Source: Neocallimastix sp. 'constans' (taxonomy: Eukaryota). Taken from it: DNA of 64,000 nucleotides. A model generated the notes under the pieces. It made no database searches. It worked only from the letters and a program-made list of their open reading frames with translations, and was not told the origin of the DNA. The stretch spans positions 124,001-188,000 of the forward strand of contig JBODTK010000109.1 in assembly GCA_050613775.1 (NCBI GenBank). The letters run 5' to 3'. Below, piece by piece: positions 26,039-38,975 of this stretch (its first letter is position 1; every line of letters starts with the position of its first letter). A program made the translations under genes and the position numbers.

Positions 26039-27032
26039 CTCTCGTACTAAAACTGTTCATAAAGGAGGAAATAAAATTATCAATATTATAATTATATTAA
26101 ATTATTATATAAAGATTCTCTAGTTTTTAGATAATTAAATAATTAATTCTAATATTAAAATTAAATAATATATATATTAACTAAATTTTATTTTATATAT
26201 ATTTATTATCTATATTTATCTATAGGTATATATATAATAGATATTTTAAATAATTTAGAATTTTATTAAACAAACAACAATACCCTATATTATTTAAAAT
26301 TATATTTAAGTAAATAAAAAGAAAATACAAAAAAAAAAAAAAAAAAAAAAAAATAATATTAATAGTGATTTAATATTTATATTCAGAACTTTTAAATTTT
26401 ATTTTCAGATTTTTTTTAAATATATTGGAAATATATTTAATAATTTGGAGAGTAGCAAAAGTAAAATTTAATTTTATATAGTAATACTTTTTATTTATTA
26501 ATCTGTTTTTAATTTTTCAATATAATTAAATTTAAATCAACATTATCTTTTTATTTATTCTAATATAAAGTTAATACTATCAATATTTTTTAAAAATGAA
26601 TAAATAAATATAAAAATAGATTTTTTTTTTTTTTTGAATTACAAAAGTATATAATTTAATTATTAAATACAGTTTTCTTTATATATTTACTCAAAAAAGA
26701 AAAACATTCATTTTGTTATATTAAAGTATAATAAAAATCTTTTGAAATTTATAAATAAATAAATAAATAAATATTTATTTATTTTATAAAGTTATAAATA
26801 TTTTATAAAAAATATAAATATATAAAATTTAATATTAAAAAATAATTGATAAATTTTTTACTTTGAAAAGATATACAAAAAGAAGAATATCAGAAATAAA
26901 CGATACCTAAAACCAAAACTTTTCCAATCAATGACTTATAGTCAAAGATAGAATAGTAGTGGTTCTAAAAGGTTATTTTCTTATATACAAAAAATTGGTT
27001 CAACCAATGAAACTTTAGTATTAAAAGATAAC

Positions 27033-30000
27033 ATGGAAGCTGATAGTCATTCTTCGACTAATACTAATAAAAGTGACGAAGATAATTTGTTATCAATGAC
27101 TACTATGGGTGCTTTATTACAATCGGAAGAAATTACACAAAATCGTTCTTTTCTTCAATCAATTACTAATACGTCAACAAGAAAAGAAGGAAATCTTACA
27201 TTATTACAAAATAATGGAAATCCATTTAAAAAATATAATAAAAACCATAAAAAATCAATATCAATCGATGTACAAAACATTAAACATAATATATCAGAAC
27301 AAACAATGAATCCAAATGGATATCATATGCAGTTCTCCGCATCTTCACCAAAAATAATACATTCGGCTCCAAGCAATTTACCATCACAATTTAATATAAC
27401 AAATAATTTAGGAAATACAAATAATTATAAACATAGAAGTTATACCAATGGCTGTACATTTAATAGTTATCAAAATTATTCTTCATATTCTCCAATATAT
27501 AATATTCCTTCATATTCAATTACCACAAATAATAATTTGAACTCTTCAGCGAATAACAATTTAAACGCAATTAAGAACAATAATAATGTAATATCGTCAT
27601 CTCATTCATCTATTTCTTATAGTAACATTTCATCCAATATTAATACAAATTCAGCTACTAATTCTACACTAAATAATCAATCTTCTTCAATAGAATCTGC
27701 AAATTCAATAACAAATCGTTTAATACCTGAAACAATTGATCATACAATAGATAAACATAATGAAGAAAATGAAAATACACCATTAAATATAGTGACGTCC
27801 GTTGATAGTAGTAGTGCAGAGAATGAATCAATGGGTCAATCCAATAATAAATCTAAATATAGAAGTCTTATGGAAACAGAAAATGGAATTCATAATTCAA
27901 CAGATATGTATTCATCTACAAGAAATAAAAATCATAAACAAAAGTCATTTTATAAAAGATTATTAAATCAAAGTGGTGAACATCATCAAATATATATTGA
28001 TGAGGATTACCTTAACATTAAACGTGAAGGTTCCCAAATGATTCATGATCTATTTCAAAAAAGTATAAGTAGTAATATAACTTTGCATTTTAAAGATACA
28101 TATACCGAAATATGTTACAATAGATATATTAAGAATAAGTATATATATTTCTGGAAAAAGGGTACTATTATATTAGCGGTAGTTGTGTTAATAACACAAA
28201 TGATGATTTTTCTAAATGGATTTAATGAAATGGCAAACCAATCAAATGATTTTGATATTAAATTATTAATAAGTAAAGTTGCGATATTGGATATACTTGG
28301 TTTAGCAATACCTGTAATATTATTTTACTATCTTATCTATCGTCTTAAATCACAGATTCTTTATAAAACAATTCCTTATCTTGTTAATACAGTACTAATA
28401 TTTATGGGACCTATAACATTTCTTGGTTCTATATTTTTTATTAGTAATGAAAGTATTGGTATTTTATTATTAGCCTATATATCATTTTTCTTTATTAGTC
28501 ATTCATTATTAATTTCATGCTTTATTCCGTCAATAATTTCTGTGACCGTGTTTTGTATTTCCTGGATAATAGTTGTAATATTTGAAGAATCTAATTATTA
28601 TGTTATATTATTAAAGGTGGTATTATTTATTTTAATCTCATCTGTTGTTGAATATTCTTTATATAAGAAAGAGAGGTCTTCTCGACGTCAATTTATGAAT
28701 GAACAACGTTTAATTAGAATAAATTCAAAATTAGTATCTCAACTTAATCGTTTAGAAAAAGGATTTGCTAATGAAGCGGCTGATCTTGATGCTCCAATTG
28801 AAAAAGCAATTATAACCATTCGTTCATTAATGGCAAGTCCGACTATAGGTCCTGAACATTTAAAAGCTTTAGGAATGGTTTTATGTTATTTGCAAGTGCC
28901 TAATCTTTTTGCTCCAGATTTGGATCAACAAGTTACTCAAGGTCTTAAGATGGATGATGAACGAAAGAAATGGCTTTTTAATGAAGTAGCTCATCGTAAA
29001 CAAACTGAACGTTCAAAACATAGTTCTTCAAGTGAATCTAGTTCAGGTGCTGGCTCACTATCACCGTTTTATTCACCATCACTTTCAATTCATGATCCAC
29101 AGTCTGAATATCAAGTAATAAATATTGATAATTATTTAACAAATCATTCGGCCGAACTCCTAACAAAAATAAATGATTATAATTTCCCTGTGTTTGAATA
29201 TTTTAAATCGACATCAAGGCCATTACTTACTATGTCATATCATATTTTTGTAAAATCAGGGTTGTTGAGTCGACTTCATCTTTCAGTTAATCAGTTTTTA
29301 AACTTTATGTCAGCTGTAGAAGACGGTTATCATCCAGAACATCAATTTCATAATGCAGAGCATGCTAGTGATGTTCTTCATTGTATGTATTATTTTTCAA
29401 CGATTCCAAATATTGCAACATGCTTTAAAGATTTAGATTATTTAGGTATGTATATGGCTGCCTCTATACATGATTTTGATCATCCAGGGGTTAGTAATAA
29501 ATTTTTAATAACTGCGGGGGACCCATTAGCAGAATTATATAATGATAAATCTGTTTTAGAAAATCATCATTGTTCAGCAGCTCTAAAACTTTTAAATAAG
29601 CCCAGTAATAATTTTATAGAACGTTTAGATAAAGAAAAGAAGCGTGAACTACGTGAAACAATTATTGAATTAGTATTGGCTACGGATTTAAGTGGTCATT
29701 TTTCATATCTTACATCATTTAAGAAGAAACTATTAGATACATTAATATGTAATACTCGTGAAGATAAACTTTTATTGATGCAAATGATGATTAAATGTTG
29801 TGATGTATCAAATCCTACCAAAAGTAGAAATATATATAAGGGATGGATAAATCGTGTTATGTCTGAATTTTTTACCCAAGGTGATAAGGAGAAACAATTA
29901 AATATGCCAGTTAGTCCATTTTGTAATAGGGATAATGCTAATATGTATAGTTGTCAGAAAGGTTTTATTGATTTTGTTGCTGCACCAATATTTGAAGCTG

Positions 30001-30389
30001 TTGGAGAATACATTAGTAAATATCAAGTTGGTATAAATGCTAATCAAAAACAATTACAAATAACGAATACTTCAAATTCAAATAATAGTTTATCTAGAGA
30101 TAATTCACTGAAAGCAACAACTAATAATGATAATTCATTCATTACCAATTCCTCAATTAATGATATTGAGAAACAAAAGGTTACCTCATCCTCATCTATA
30201 AATGATAAAAATAATAATGCAACCTTTAATTCTCTGCAAAAACCATCTAAATCACATCATCATAAAAAGACTTTTAGTAAATTAAACCTGCAAGAATCTC
30301 AAATAAGAGTTAATGTAATTCTTGATGGCTTAAAATCCAATAAAGAATGGATCGATAGTAATGCTGCAAAATCGGAAACTTCATCATAA
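27033..30389 (+). CDS. Class I 3',5'-cyclic nucleotide phosphodiesterase with an N-terminal low-complexity region and about 6 transmembrane segments
   Basis: Catalytic motifs FHNAEHASDV, IHDFDHPGVSN, LYNDKSVLENHH, LATDL, IKCCDVSNP, EFFTQGDKEK, QKGFIDFV. A hydrophobic block at about aa 378-546 precedes them. An additional upstream exon cannot be excluded. Confidence 0.93.
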   Translation: MEADSHSSTNTNKSDEDNLLSMTTMGALLQSEEITQNRSFLQSITNTSTRKEGNLTLLQNNGNPFKKYNKNHKKSISIDVQNIKHNISEQTMNPNGYHMQFSASSPKIIHSAPSNLPSQFNITNNLGNTNNYKHRSYTNGCTFNSYQNYSSYSPIYNIPSYSITTNNNLNSSANNNLNAIKNNNNVISSSHSSISYSNISSNINTNSATNSTLNNQSSSIESANSITNRLIPETIDHTIDKHNEENENTPLNIVTSVDSSSAENESMGQSNNKSKYRSLMETENGIHNSTDMYSSTRNKNHKQKSFYKRLLNQSGEHHQIYIDEDYLNIKREGSQMIHDLFQKSISSNITLHFKDTYTEICYNRYIKNKYIYFWKKGTIILAVVVLITQMMIFLNGFNEMANQSNDFDIKLLISKVAILDILGLAIPVILFYYLIYRLKSQILYKTIPYLVNTVLIFMGPITFLGSIFFISNESIGILLLAYISFFFISHSLLISCFIPSIISVTVFCISWIIVVIFEESNYYVILLKVVLFILISSVVEYSLYKKERSSRRQFMNEQRLIRINSKLVSQLNRLEKGFANEAADLDAPIEKAIITIRSLMASPTIGPEHLKALGMVLCYLQVPNLFAPDLDQQVTQGLKMDDERKKWLFNEVAHRKQTERSKHSSSSESSSGAGSLSPFYSPSLSIHDPQSEYQVINIDNYLTNHSAELLTKINDYNFPVFEYFKSTSRPLLTMSYHIFVKSGLLSRLHLSVNQFLNFMSAVEDGYHPEHQFHNAEHASDVLHCMYYFSTIPNIATCFKDLDYLGMYMAASIHDFDHPGVSNKFLITAGDPLAELYNDKSVLENHHCSAALKLLNKPSNNFIERLDKEKKRELRETIIELVLATDLSGHFSYLTSFKKKLLDTLICNTREDKLLLMQMMIKCCDVSNPTKSRNIYKGWINRVMSEFFTQGDKEKQLNMPVSPFCNRDNANMYSCQKGFIDFVAAPIFEAVGEYISKYQVGINANQKQLQITNTSNSNNSLSRDNSLKATTNNDNSFITNSSINDIEKQKVTSSSSINDKNNNATFNSLQKPSKSHHHKKTFSKLNLQESQIRVNVILDGLKSNKEWIDSNAAKSETSS

Positions 30390-30701
30390 TTAATATGCAT
30401 TAAAATAATAATAATAATAATAACATTAAAGGAATTTATAAAAATTATAACAATAAAAAAAAAAAAAAAAAAAAAAAAAAATAAAAAAAAATAAAATAAT
30501 TATTGAAAAAGCTTTTTCTTATTATTAAAATCAGTAATTTATTTCTTTTATTTTTTATACCATTAAAATCATTAATATATTTTAAAATGAAATAAAAGAA
30601 AAATATTTATATTATTTAGAAAAAGTATTTATTTTTCTGTTTTATTTTTCCGTATTATTTTTATATTTTATATTTTTTTTTATTTTTTTTGTTTTTATTT
30701 T

Positions 30702-30736
<35 letters not shown>

Positions 30737-30926
30737 TTTCATCTGTTGGAAGAAAGTAGAACAACATATCAAATAATGAATAGTTAGTTTTACAAATGAT
30801 ATATATAATAAAATAAAATTAAGAATATAAATTATTGTTTATCGTTATTTAAATTTTAAATTAAAAAATAATACTGAATTTAATATGTAATAAAGATTAT
30901 ACTATATAAACATTTATATTTCATTT

Positions 30927-30966
<40 letters not shown>

Positions 30967-31185
30967 AATACTATGTATCAAGTATCAAATAATTGATCAA
31001 ATTTTCTCTAATAAATTAAAAATAATAATATTTATTTTTATTTTATTAAAGTGAAGAATAAAAAATTATAATAAATTTGATAATAATATAAATATATTTT
31101 TAGATAATATTATCAAGCTTTAGCAAAAGTCATAAAAAATAAATTAAAAACAAAAAACAAACAAAACAAAACAAAACAAAAAAAC

Positions 31186-31216
<31 letters not shown>

Positions 31217-31741
31217 GATAAAAAAAAATATGAAATTATATATTTTAAAAATAAAAATTAAAGTAATTAATTAATATATGATAAACAAATAAATAAAATA
31301 TTTAATAGAATTAAGTTTTATTAATTCAGGATTAAATATTATCAACGTTATTAAAAAGAGGAATATACCACTAAATAAATTATTTAGTAGTAATTTATAA
31401 AAAATTCAATTTTTTTGTATAATAAACACAGTTTTTTTTTTCTTTATACAAAATTAAAAATTATAAAAAAAAAATTTATTTTTTATATAAAAATTTATAT
31501 TATATATATCTTGTGATGAATTTTTATAAATTTATATATAATATAAATAATAAAATATGATAAAAGTTTAAAAAATATATATATATATATACATTTTGTA
31601 AATAATTTTTATTATAATTTTTTTTTAAAATTTTAATCATTATAAATATAAATATATTAAGAATTTATAAATAATTTTTTTTTACTTATTTTTAAAATTT
31701 TATATTATGTAAGTTATATTAAATTGATTAAATTGAATTTA

Positions 31742-32820
31742 TAAAATAAAATAAAATAAAATAAAATAAAATAAATAGTAGAATATTTAATATAAAGTAC
31801 AGATTGAATAAAATAAAATAAAATAAAATAAATAGTAGAATATTTAATATAAAGTACAGATTGAATAAAATAAAATAAAATAAAATAAATAGTAGAATAT
31901 TTAATATAAAGTACAGATTGAATAAAATAAAATAAAATAAAATAAATAGTAGAATATTTAATATAAAGTACAGATTGAATAAAATAAAATAAAATAAAAT
32001 AAATAGTAGAATATTTAATAAAAAGTACAGATTGAATAAAATAAAATAAAATAAAATAAATAGTAGAATATTTAATATAAAGTACAGATTGAATAAAATA
32101 AAATAAAATAAAATAAAATAAATAGTAGAATATTTAATATAAAGTACAGATTGAATAAAATAAAATAAAATAAAATAAAATAAATAGTAGAATATTTAAT
32201 ATAAAGTACAGATTGAATAAAATAAAATAAAATAAAATAAATAGTAGAATATTTAATATAAAGTACAGATTGAATAAAATAAAATAAAATAAAATAAATA
32301 GTAGAATATTTAATATAAAGTACAGATTGAATAAAATAAAATAAAATAAAATAAAATAAATAGTAGAATATTTAATATAAAGTACAGATTGAATAAAATA
32401 AAATAAAATAAAATAAATAGTAGAATATTTAATATAAAGTACAGATTGAATAAAATAAAATAAAATAAAATAAATAGTAGAATATTTAATATAAAGTACA
32501 GATTGAATAAAATAAAATAAAATAAAATAAATAGTAGAATATTTAATATAAAGTACAGATTGAATAAAATAAAATAAAATAAAATAAAATAAATAGTAGA
32601 ATATTTAATATAAAGTACAGATTGAATAAAATAAAATAAAATAAAATAAATAGTAGAATATTTAATATAAAGTACAGATTGAATAAAATAAAATAAAATA
32701 AAATAAATAGTAGAATATTTAATATAAAGTACAGATTGAATAAAATAAAATAAAATAAAATAAATAGTAGAATATTTAATATAAAGTACAGATTGAATAA
32801 AATAAAATAAAATAAAATAA
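31742..32820. repeat. Minisatellite array (unit about 52-62 bp, about 18 copies), reverse-complement relative of the 7549-8045 array
   Basis: Unit (aaaat)n-aaatagtagaatatttaatataaagtacagattgaat. Its reverse complement contains attcaatctgtacttt..ctatttattttatttt. Confidence 0.96.
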
Positions 32821-33439
32821 ATTAATAATAAAAATATAAATATGAAATGTAGATTGAATGAAATATATGAAATATAATAAAATATAATAAAATAAATAAA
32901 ATAATATTCCGAAGTAGGGTAGTAATTAAAAACAGTATTTCCTATGTAATGATTAAAATTAACTTATTTCTATGGATTATTGTAACCTTCATTATATTTA
33001 AAATTGAATAGTTAATATTTCTCAAAATAAACTCTGTCAAACGTTACATCAACCTTAGATTTTAATTTATTTGCTAATAAATAAAAGTAGTTATGAGAAT
33101 GTAATTTTCACTTTTTATATTATGAATATGAATTTGAAAATATAGTATTATAATATATATATATATTATGAAGAAATGAATGAAATATTTTTAGGTTAAT
33201 TAACAATTTAGAATATATATAAAGAATGAATATAAAAATAAAATAATTATAATTGTAATTTTAGTTTAATTTATGGATACGAGAATTAAAATACATGAAA
33301 AAAAAAAAAAAAAAATACAAAAAGGATATAATGAAATCAAAAAATAGTTTTGGTTTATATATATTTATTTAATTTTTTTTTTTTTTTATTTTTAAACTAG
33401 GGAATAAACTATATTGAAATATATTAATAAATGAAATAT

Positions 33440-34100
33440 CCTAAATATCAATGAATTGGTAGGAAGTGTGAATATCAATATAAAGGTCTAGCATACCAAG
33501 GAATTTCTTATATGTACTTCTCAGTTATTGCCTTATAATGATTAAGAAATAGATAGGAATTAGGAAATGAATTCAGGAATAAATTATTGATCTACTTCTT
33601 GAAGACAAATACAAATAATATTAAAAATTGAATTAAAACGAATTAAGTCTGTTATGCTTTTTCAGAGTTCCAACCATTAATATTTCAGCTAATACAGAGA
33701 TTAAAATTTTGAATATTCGAAAAGGGATTAACATGCAGAGGGCTATAAAAGATGGGAATAGTGTATTCAGAATAATATTTGGCTCTACTATGATTTATAA
33801 TGTTAAAATGAGCGAATCTTTGAAGTACTTTTCAAATTTAATTTTTTAATTTAAAAGTTTCTTTGTAATTATTAAAATAATTTTCAAATAATTCGTTTAA
33901 TTATAGTCAATTTTTAGGATAAAGTAGTTTTCTATATTAATATAATGCTTTTTTAAATAATTCCATGAAATTTCAAATATATAAAATCCTTTTAAAATTT
34001 TAGGTTTTTTGGTAGGAATAGGCAACATAAAATGAAGAACATAAAATATTAAAATAAAATTACTTTTGTGAATCTTTATATTGATTACTTAAAAATCATA
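33440..34100 (-). mobile_element. Decayed 5' part (N-terminal and APE region) of a related LINE
   Basis: The minus strand reads NLCIS*NINGWNSEK (intact copy SLCVSWNTNGWNFDK), ICICLQEV (LFLCFQET) and a frameshifted match to EIPGKRGLYIGFH. Further upstream are IKRI and FKLKI (VKRI..FKIKI). Its UTR may extend to about 34700. Confidence 0.72.
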
Positions 34101-36230
34101 TATATTTTGGAAATGAATAGAAATTACCTAATAGAGAAAGTTAGCAAAAATAAGAAAATTAACTTGAAATATTGAATCGTAATAAATTATGATACAATTT
34201 ACATTATTTACTAATAAGTTTAAATGACCAGAAAAATATAATTAGTTATAAATGTAATCAATTTTAATACTCTAAGATTATAATTTATTAAGTAAAATGT
34301 TGTATAATTAACAGTTTATTTTAATAGTTATCGTTAAAAATTACAAAGTAGAAATATGGGAGTGAGGCATTTCGCCAGTTTATTTGAAAGCAGGTTTAAA
34401 AAAAAAATTATTTTGAATTAATATTTTATTTATTTATTCATTTATTTATATCAATACTCTACTTAGAGAAATGTAATTTGGGGAAATTCAACTCTCATTA
34501 AAAATATATAAAAGTTTGCGCTAACCTTAAAAACGGATTATAATTGAAAGTAAAGTAAAACCTAATGTATAAGAGGTATTCTCACAAATTGAGATGGTAT
34601 AATATCACCCTTCAAGAGAAAGGTCTACGTCATATAAATGATATATATAAACCATATATTAAAAGAAATGTCTTAGATGCATCCGAAATTAATGGTGTAA
34701 TAATATTAAATATTTAGTTTTAGTGAGAAACTATTAGATTACAAATATAATTAAGAAATTATTTTAACAATATTTAAACCAGAATTAAAAGAATTAATAT
34801 TATATAAAAATTTCTTTATTCATGTAAAAAAATAAAATTTAATTTAGAATAGAAATAACTAATTAGTTACAATAATATCAAGTAAATATTATAAAATAAG
34901 ATAATTTTATATACAAATATTCACCAGTAAAATCAATTTATTCATTATAGAGTAACTAGGTTTAAGGGGGGAATATTACAATCTCTTTTTCATAAAATAT
35001 ATTAATATCGTTGACAAATTATAAACCCTAAATTCATGACTTTTAACATTATTCCTTAAAATAAATTGAACTATCACTACTAATTTTAAAATATATATTT
35101 AATGACATTTAATAATAATTTTATGAAAATTATAAATCAATAAATCAATAAATCAATAAATCAATAAATAAATCAATAAATAAATCAATAAATAAATAAA
35201 TAAATAAATAAATAATAAAAAAAAAATACTTTAATATCATAAAACAAATATTAAATATAAAAAATAATATGTTTTTATTTATATAATATATATATATATA
35301 TATGTTTTATTTTGTATTTTTTATTTTATTACAATATATTACTATATATAATAACAAAATAATAAAAAGGAATAAATAATTATACAATAATGAAAAGGTT
35401 ACAAATAAATATCTAATGTCTAAATAAAAATAGATAAATAATAAATATATTACATAATAGAAATGTATATTAATATATATAAATAATATATATTCATAGT
35501 ATGTTCTATTTTAATTAATTATATTTTTGATAAGTTTTCATGATTACAAATAGAAAAAATATTAATGCTTAGATAAAAAAATAAATAATCCAAAATGATA
35601 ATATAATATAATTGAATTTTTTTTTTTTTAATATTATTTTTTACTTCTTTCATATTTTGATTATATATAATACATTGAGATATATTGTGATATAGTGTTT
35701 TTTAATATATTTGATAATAAATTAGTTAAAGATGAATTTGTAGATGAAGATGAATAATTATTACTATTAGTATTTATATTTGAATAAATTATTTATTTAT
35801 TCGTTGTTGTTTTTGTTTTTGTTATTGTTATTTCATTAATTATATCATTATTAGTATGCATTGACGATAGATCTTGATTATTTGAATTTGAATAGTAATG
35901 TTATTTTAATTAGAATTCATTAATGAGTGTGGTATATTAAAATCATTAGAACTAGTAAGTACTGTTTGATATACTTGATGCTGTTGTTTTAATTGATGAT
36001 ACTTTTTTTTATAATTATTGATTTGTAAGAAATTAAACTTAACGTTGAAGTTGTTGTTGTTGTTGTTATAAATGCAATTAAACAAAGTCTTGATAAAAAT
36101 AAATAAATAAATAAATTGAAAAAAAAAAAAAAAAAATCACATGAACACATACATAATGGGTACCTATCTCCCATTAGGGCCCCAACAGTTATTATTGTAG
36201 ATATGATGACATACGGCATATCATTATAGC

Positions 36231-36341
36231 GTCGCCACTCGCAACAGGTCGTTACATGTCCATCCGAAGCTGATTTCCCTCTATATTCCTACATATATCT
36301 CTATTGACCATTAGTATTGGAATTGGAATCATTCACTCCCC
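36231..36341 (+). repeat. Dispersed GC-rich non-coding element, copy A
   Basis: About 110 bp aligns by eye at roughly 80% to the reverse complement of 49170-49278. Confidence 0.9.
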
Positions 36342-36873
36342 TTTCCATTAGGTTATTTAAATACTGAATTATTTTTAAGTTGATATTATATGATTATTAA
36401 TATCTTTATTTGTTGTAGTAATAAAAGTATTAGGGGAAATTTTGTCTATGTTTAAATTTAAATTTAAACAATTAACCAAATTTTTTTTTTTTTTTTTTTT
36501 TTTATTTATTTATTTTTTTTCTTTTTTAAATTGGAAGAGCTTTTTCTATAGTAATAATATCAGAACTTCTATTAATTGTAATTAATATGTTATTTAAATT
36601 CATTGAATAAATCGCATTAGAAATAATAATTGAATTTTTAAGGCAAGGAATAATAGGATGAATCAGTATTAGATATATTAATACACAGGTTATTTCATTA
36701 CATTTATTTATACTGATTATTGCTTTGTATTATTCTTTTTTAACAAAAGAACTTTAAAGTTTCAAATCTAATACTTGTGATTTATCCTTTTCACTTATTT
36801 TGAAGCTACTTCTTTACTGAATTTCTATTAATAACTGTGTCGATAGTAGAATCTGATGTATTTAAGGATGTGG

Positions 36874-36907
<34 letters not shown>

Positions 36908-37459
36908 TTTTTTTTTTTTTTTTTTTTTTTTTAGTTTTTATTATTATATTCATATTGAACATTGATGAGGAATGAATTATTATCATTTGTTAAAGATGAT
37001 TGAATTTTTATTTTAAAGTATTTAAATCTTCAGATAGATTATAACAATAATCCATATTTTATTGAATTAATTATTCCAGAGTCATTAATATTACTTCCTT
37101 TAATGTGTTTTCTGTTTTCTTCGCTACGAAAATAATTTTAAAAAATAACACTTAAACTTTTACTACAAACATCCTTTTTTTTTTTTTTTGAAAGGTAATG
37201 CATGTTAATATTGTGATTTATATGATCTATTTTGTTATTTGAATGAGAAACAATGCTACTACTATTTATATTTAGAGTAGATAAGGAAGAATTCTTCTTT
37301 TTTCTTTAGAAATATACCTGATAATTATGTATATAGGATGAATGAGCATGCAGGAATAATGCAACTATGAGTGCTGTGAAATGAGTAGTATGTAATATCA
37401 GATAATGCATATATGTTGTTAACTAATTAATTAATATTAAATGTCAGTAGTACTAATTA

Positions 37460-38880
37460 TTAACCTTCATGTAATGATCGCATTTTAAATTTATGTTCAT
37501 TATTATTATCTGTTGAATGATGTCTTCCGCGACTCTTACTTCTTTCAGAATATGAAGAGGATTCCTTGGCAGATGACGTTGTTCCATAACTGGTACGACG
37601 AGTTCTGCTTTTACTGCGACTTCTGCTCTTGCTACGGGTTCTACTTTCATTTTTATTTGATTCATATTCTTCACATAATTCTTTCATAATATCATCTTCT
37701 AAAATATAAAGGTATTGACATTTTTGGAAAATAGATGGAATGTACTCACAGTTATACATATGATTTGGACTTTGAAAAGAAATAAATTTTCGAATCAATT
37801 TGGCAATATGCCTAAATTTCTGGAAGTTAACTAAAGTATATCCAGTTGGATGCTTTGGTTCCTTATTGTTATTTTTAATTCCAAATTTTGAAGTAGAAAT
37901 TTTTGAACTATTACTATTAGTATCATTTTTTTTCTTTTTAGATGAAAGAGAAGATGAAGATATATTATCATCTGATTTATTATAATAATTATTGCTGAGG
38001 AAAGAGGAAGAGGAGATTGGGGAAGTACCTAAAATGTTACCAGTAATAGAACTATTAGATCGTTTTTTAGAAAGGCATGCTGAATCTAAATTATATGAAA
38101 AAATAGTACTTAATGATCCATTTGATCTTTTATTAGAAAGACATGATGATGTCGTATTGGATGAAAGAATAGTACTTAATGATCCGTTGGATTTTTTAGA
38201 TCTTAAGAGAGGTGAATTCTTATATTTTTCACTTTTTTTATTTTTACGGCGTTTAGAATCCTTTAAAAATGAAGGTAATTCAGAAAGATGAACTAAATCA
38301 GATAAAATAATTCCAGTAAATGGTAATGCACCAATACTATCTTTATCTACTATTTCATTTGGTGAAAGTAAACTATTATTAGAATTCAATGTTATATTAT
38401 TAATTTCTTTCATTGACCCTTTTCCAAAAGAACTATTATTACTAATTATTTTACAGTTAGCATCAACGGCAAAAGTTGATAAAGAAGAAGTTGAAAGTGA
38501 AGTTTTATGAATATTCTTAAGTAATTTCGTTGGTTTATTTAAAGAGAAACACCAGTTAACATCATTAGAATGTATTTTATTAGTTACTGAAACATTAAGT
38601 GTCGTATCATTACTAGTTAATAAGGTGTTAAGATTATTAGATGTAGTAGCATTAGGGTTATCATCCTTAATATTAATATTAATATTTATATTATTATTGA
38701 TACAATTTATAGATGTAGGTGTTGTATTTGATGAAGTATCAGAAATACTAATTATTGAATTAGAATGTGTTGATAAAGTCTTTCTAATATCAATGACTTC
38801 ATTTTCATAAAACGTATTATAAGATGTATTTATATTATTTTCGCCAATAGTATCATCAGAAATAAAATCATTAATATTAC

Positions 38881-38975
<95 letters not shown>

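Noticed and set aside
28150..28680. Rhodopsin-PDE interpretation of the TM block
   Set aside because: Only about six segments and no recognisable helix-7 DxxxK retinal-binding motif. Not formally excluded without a profile search.
31742..32820. CRISPR-like regularly spaced repeats (also 7549-8045)
   Set aside because: There are no unique spacers, units differ only in pentamer count, the context is eukaryotic, and no cas genes are present.
36257..36266. ggtcgttaca as a Gypsy LTR terminus
   Set aside because: Homology between the two copies continues on both sides, and there is no adjacent PBS or polypurine tract.
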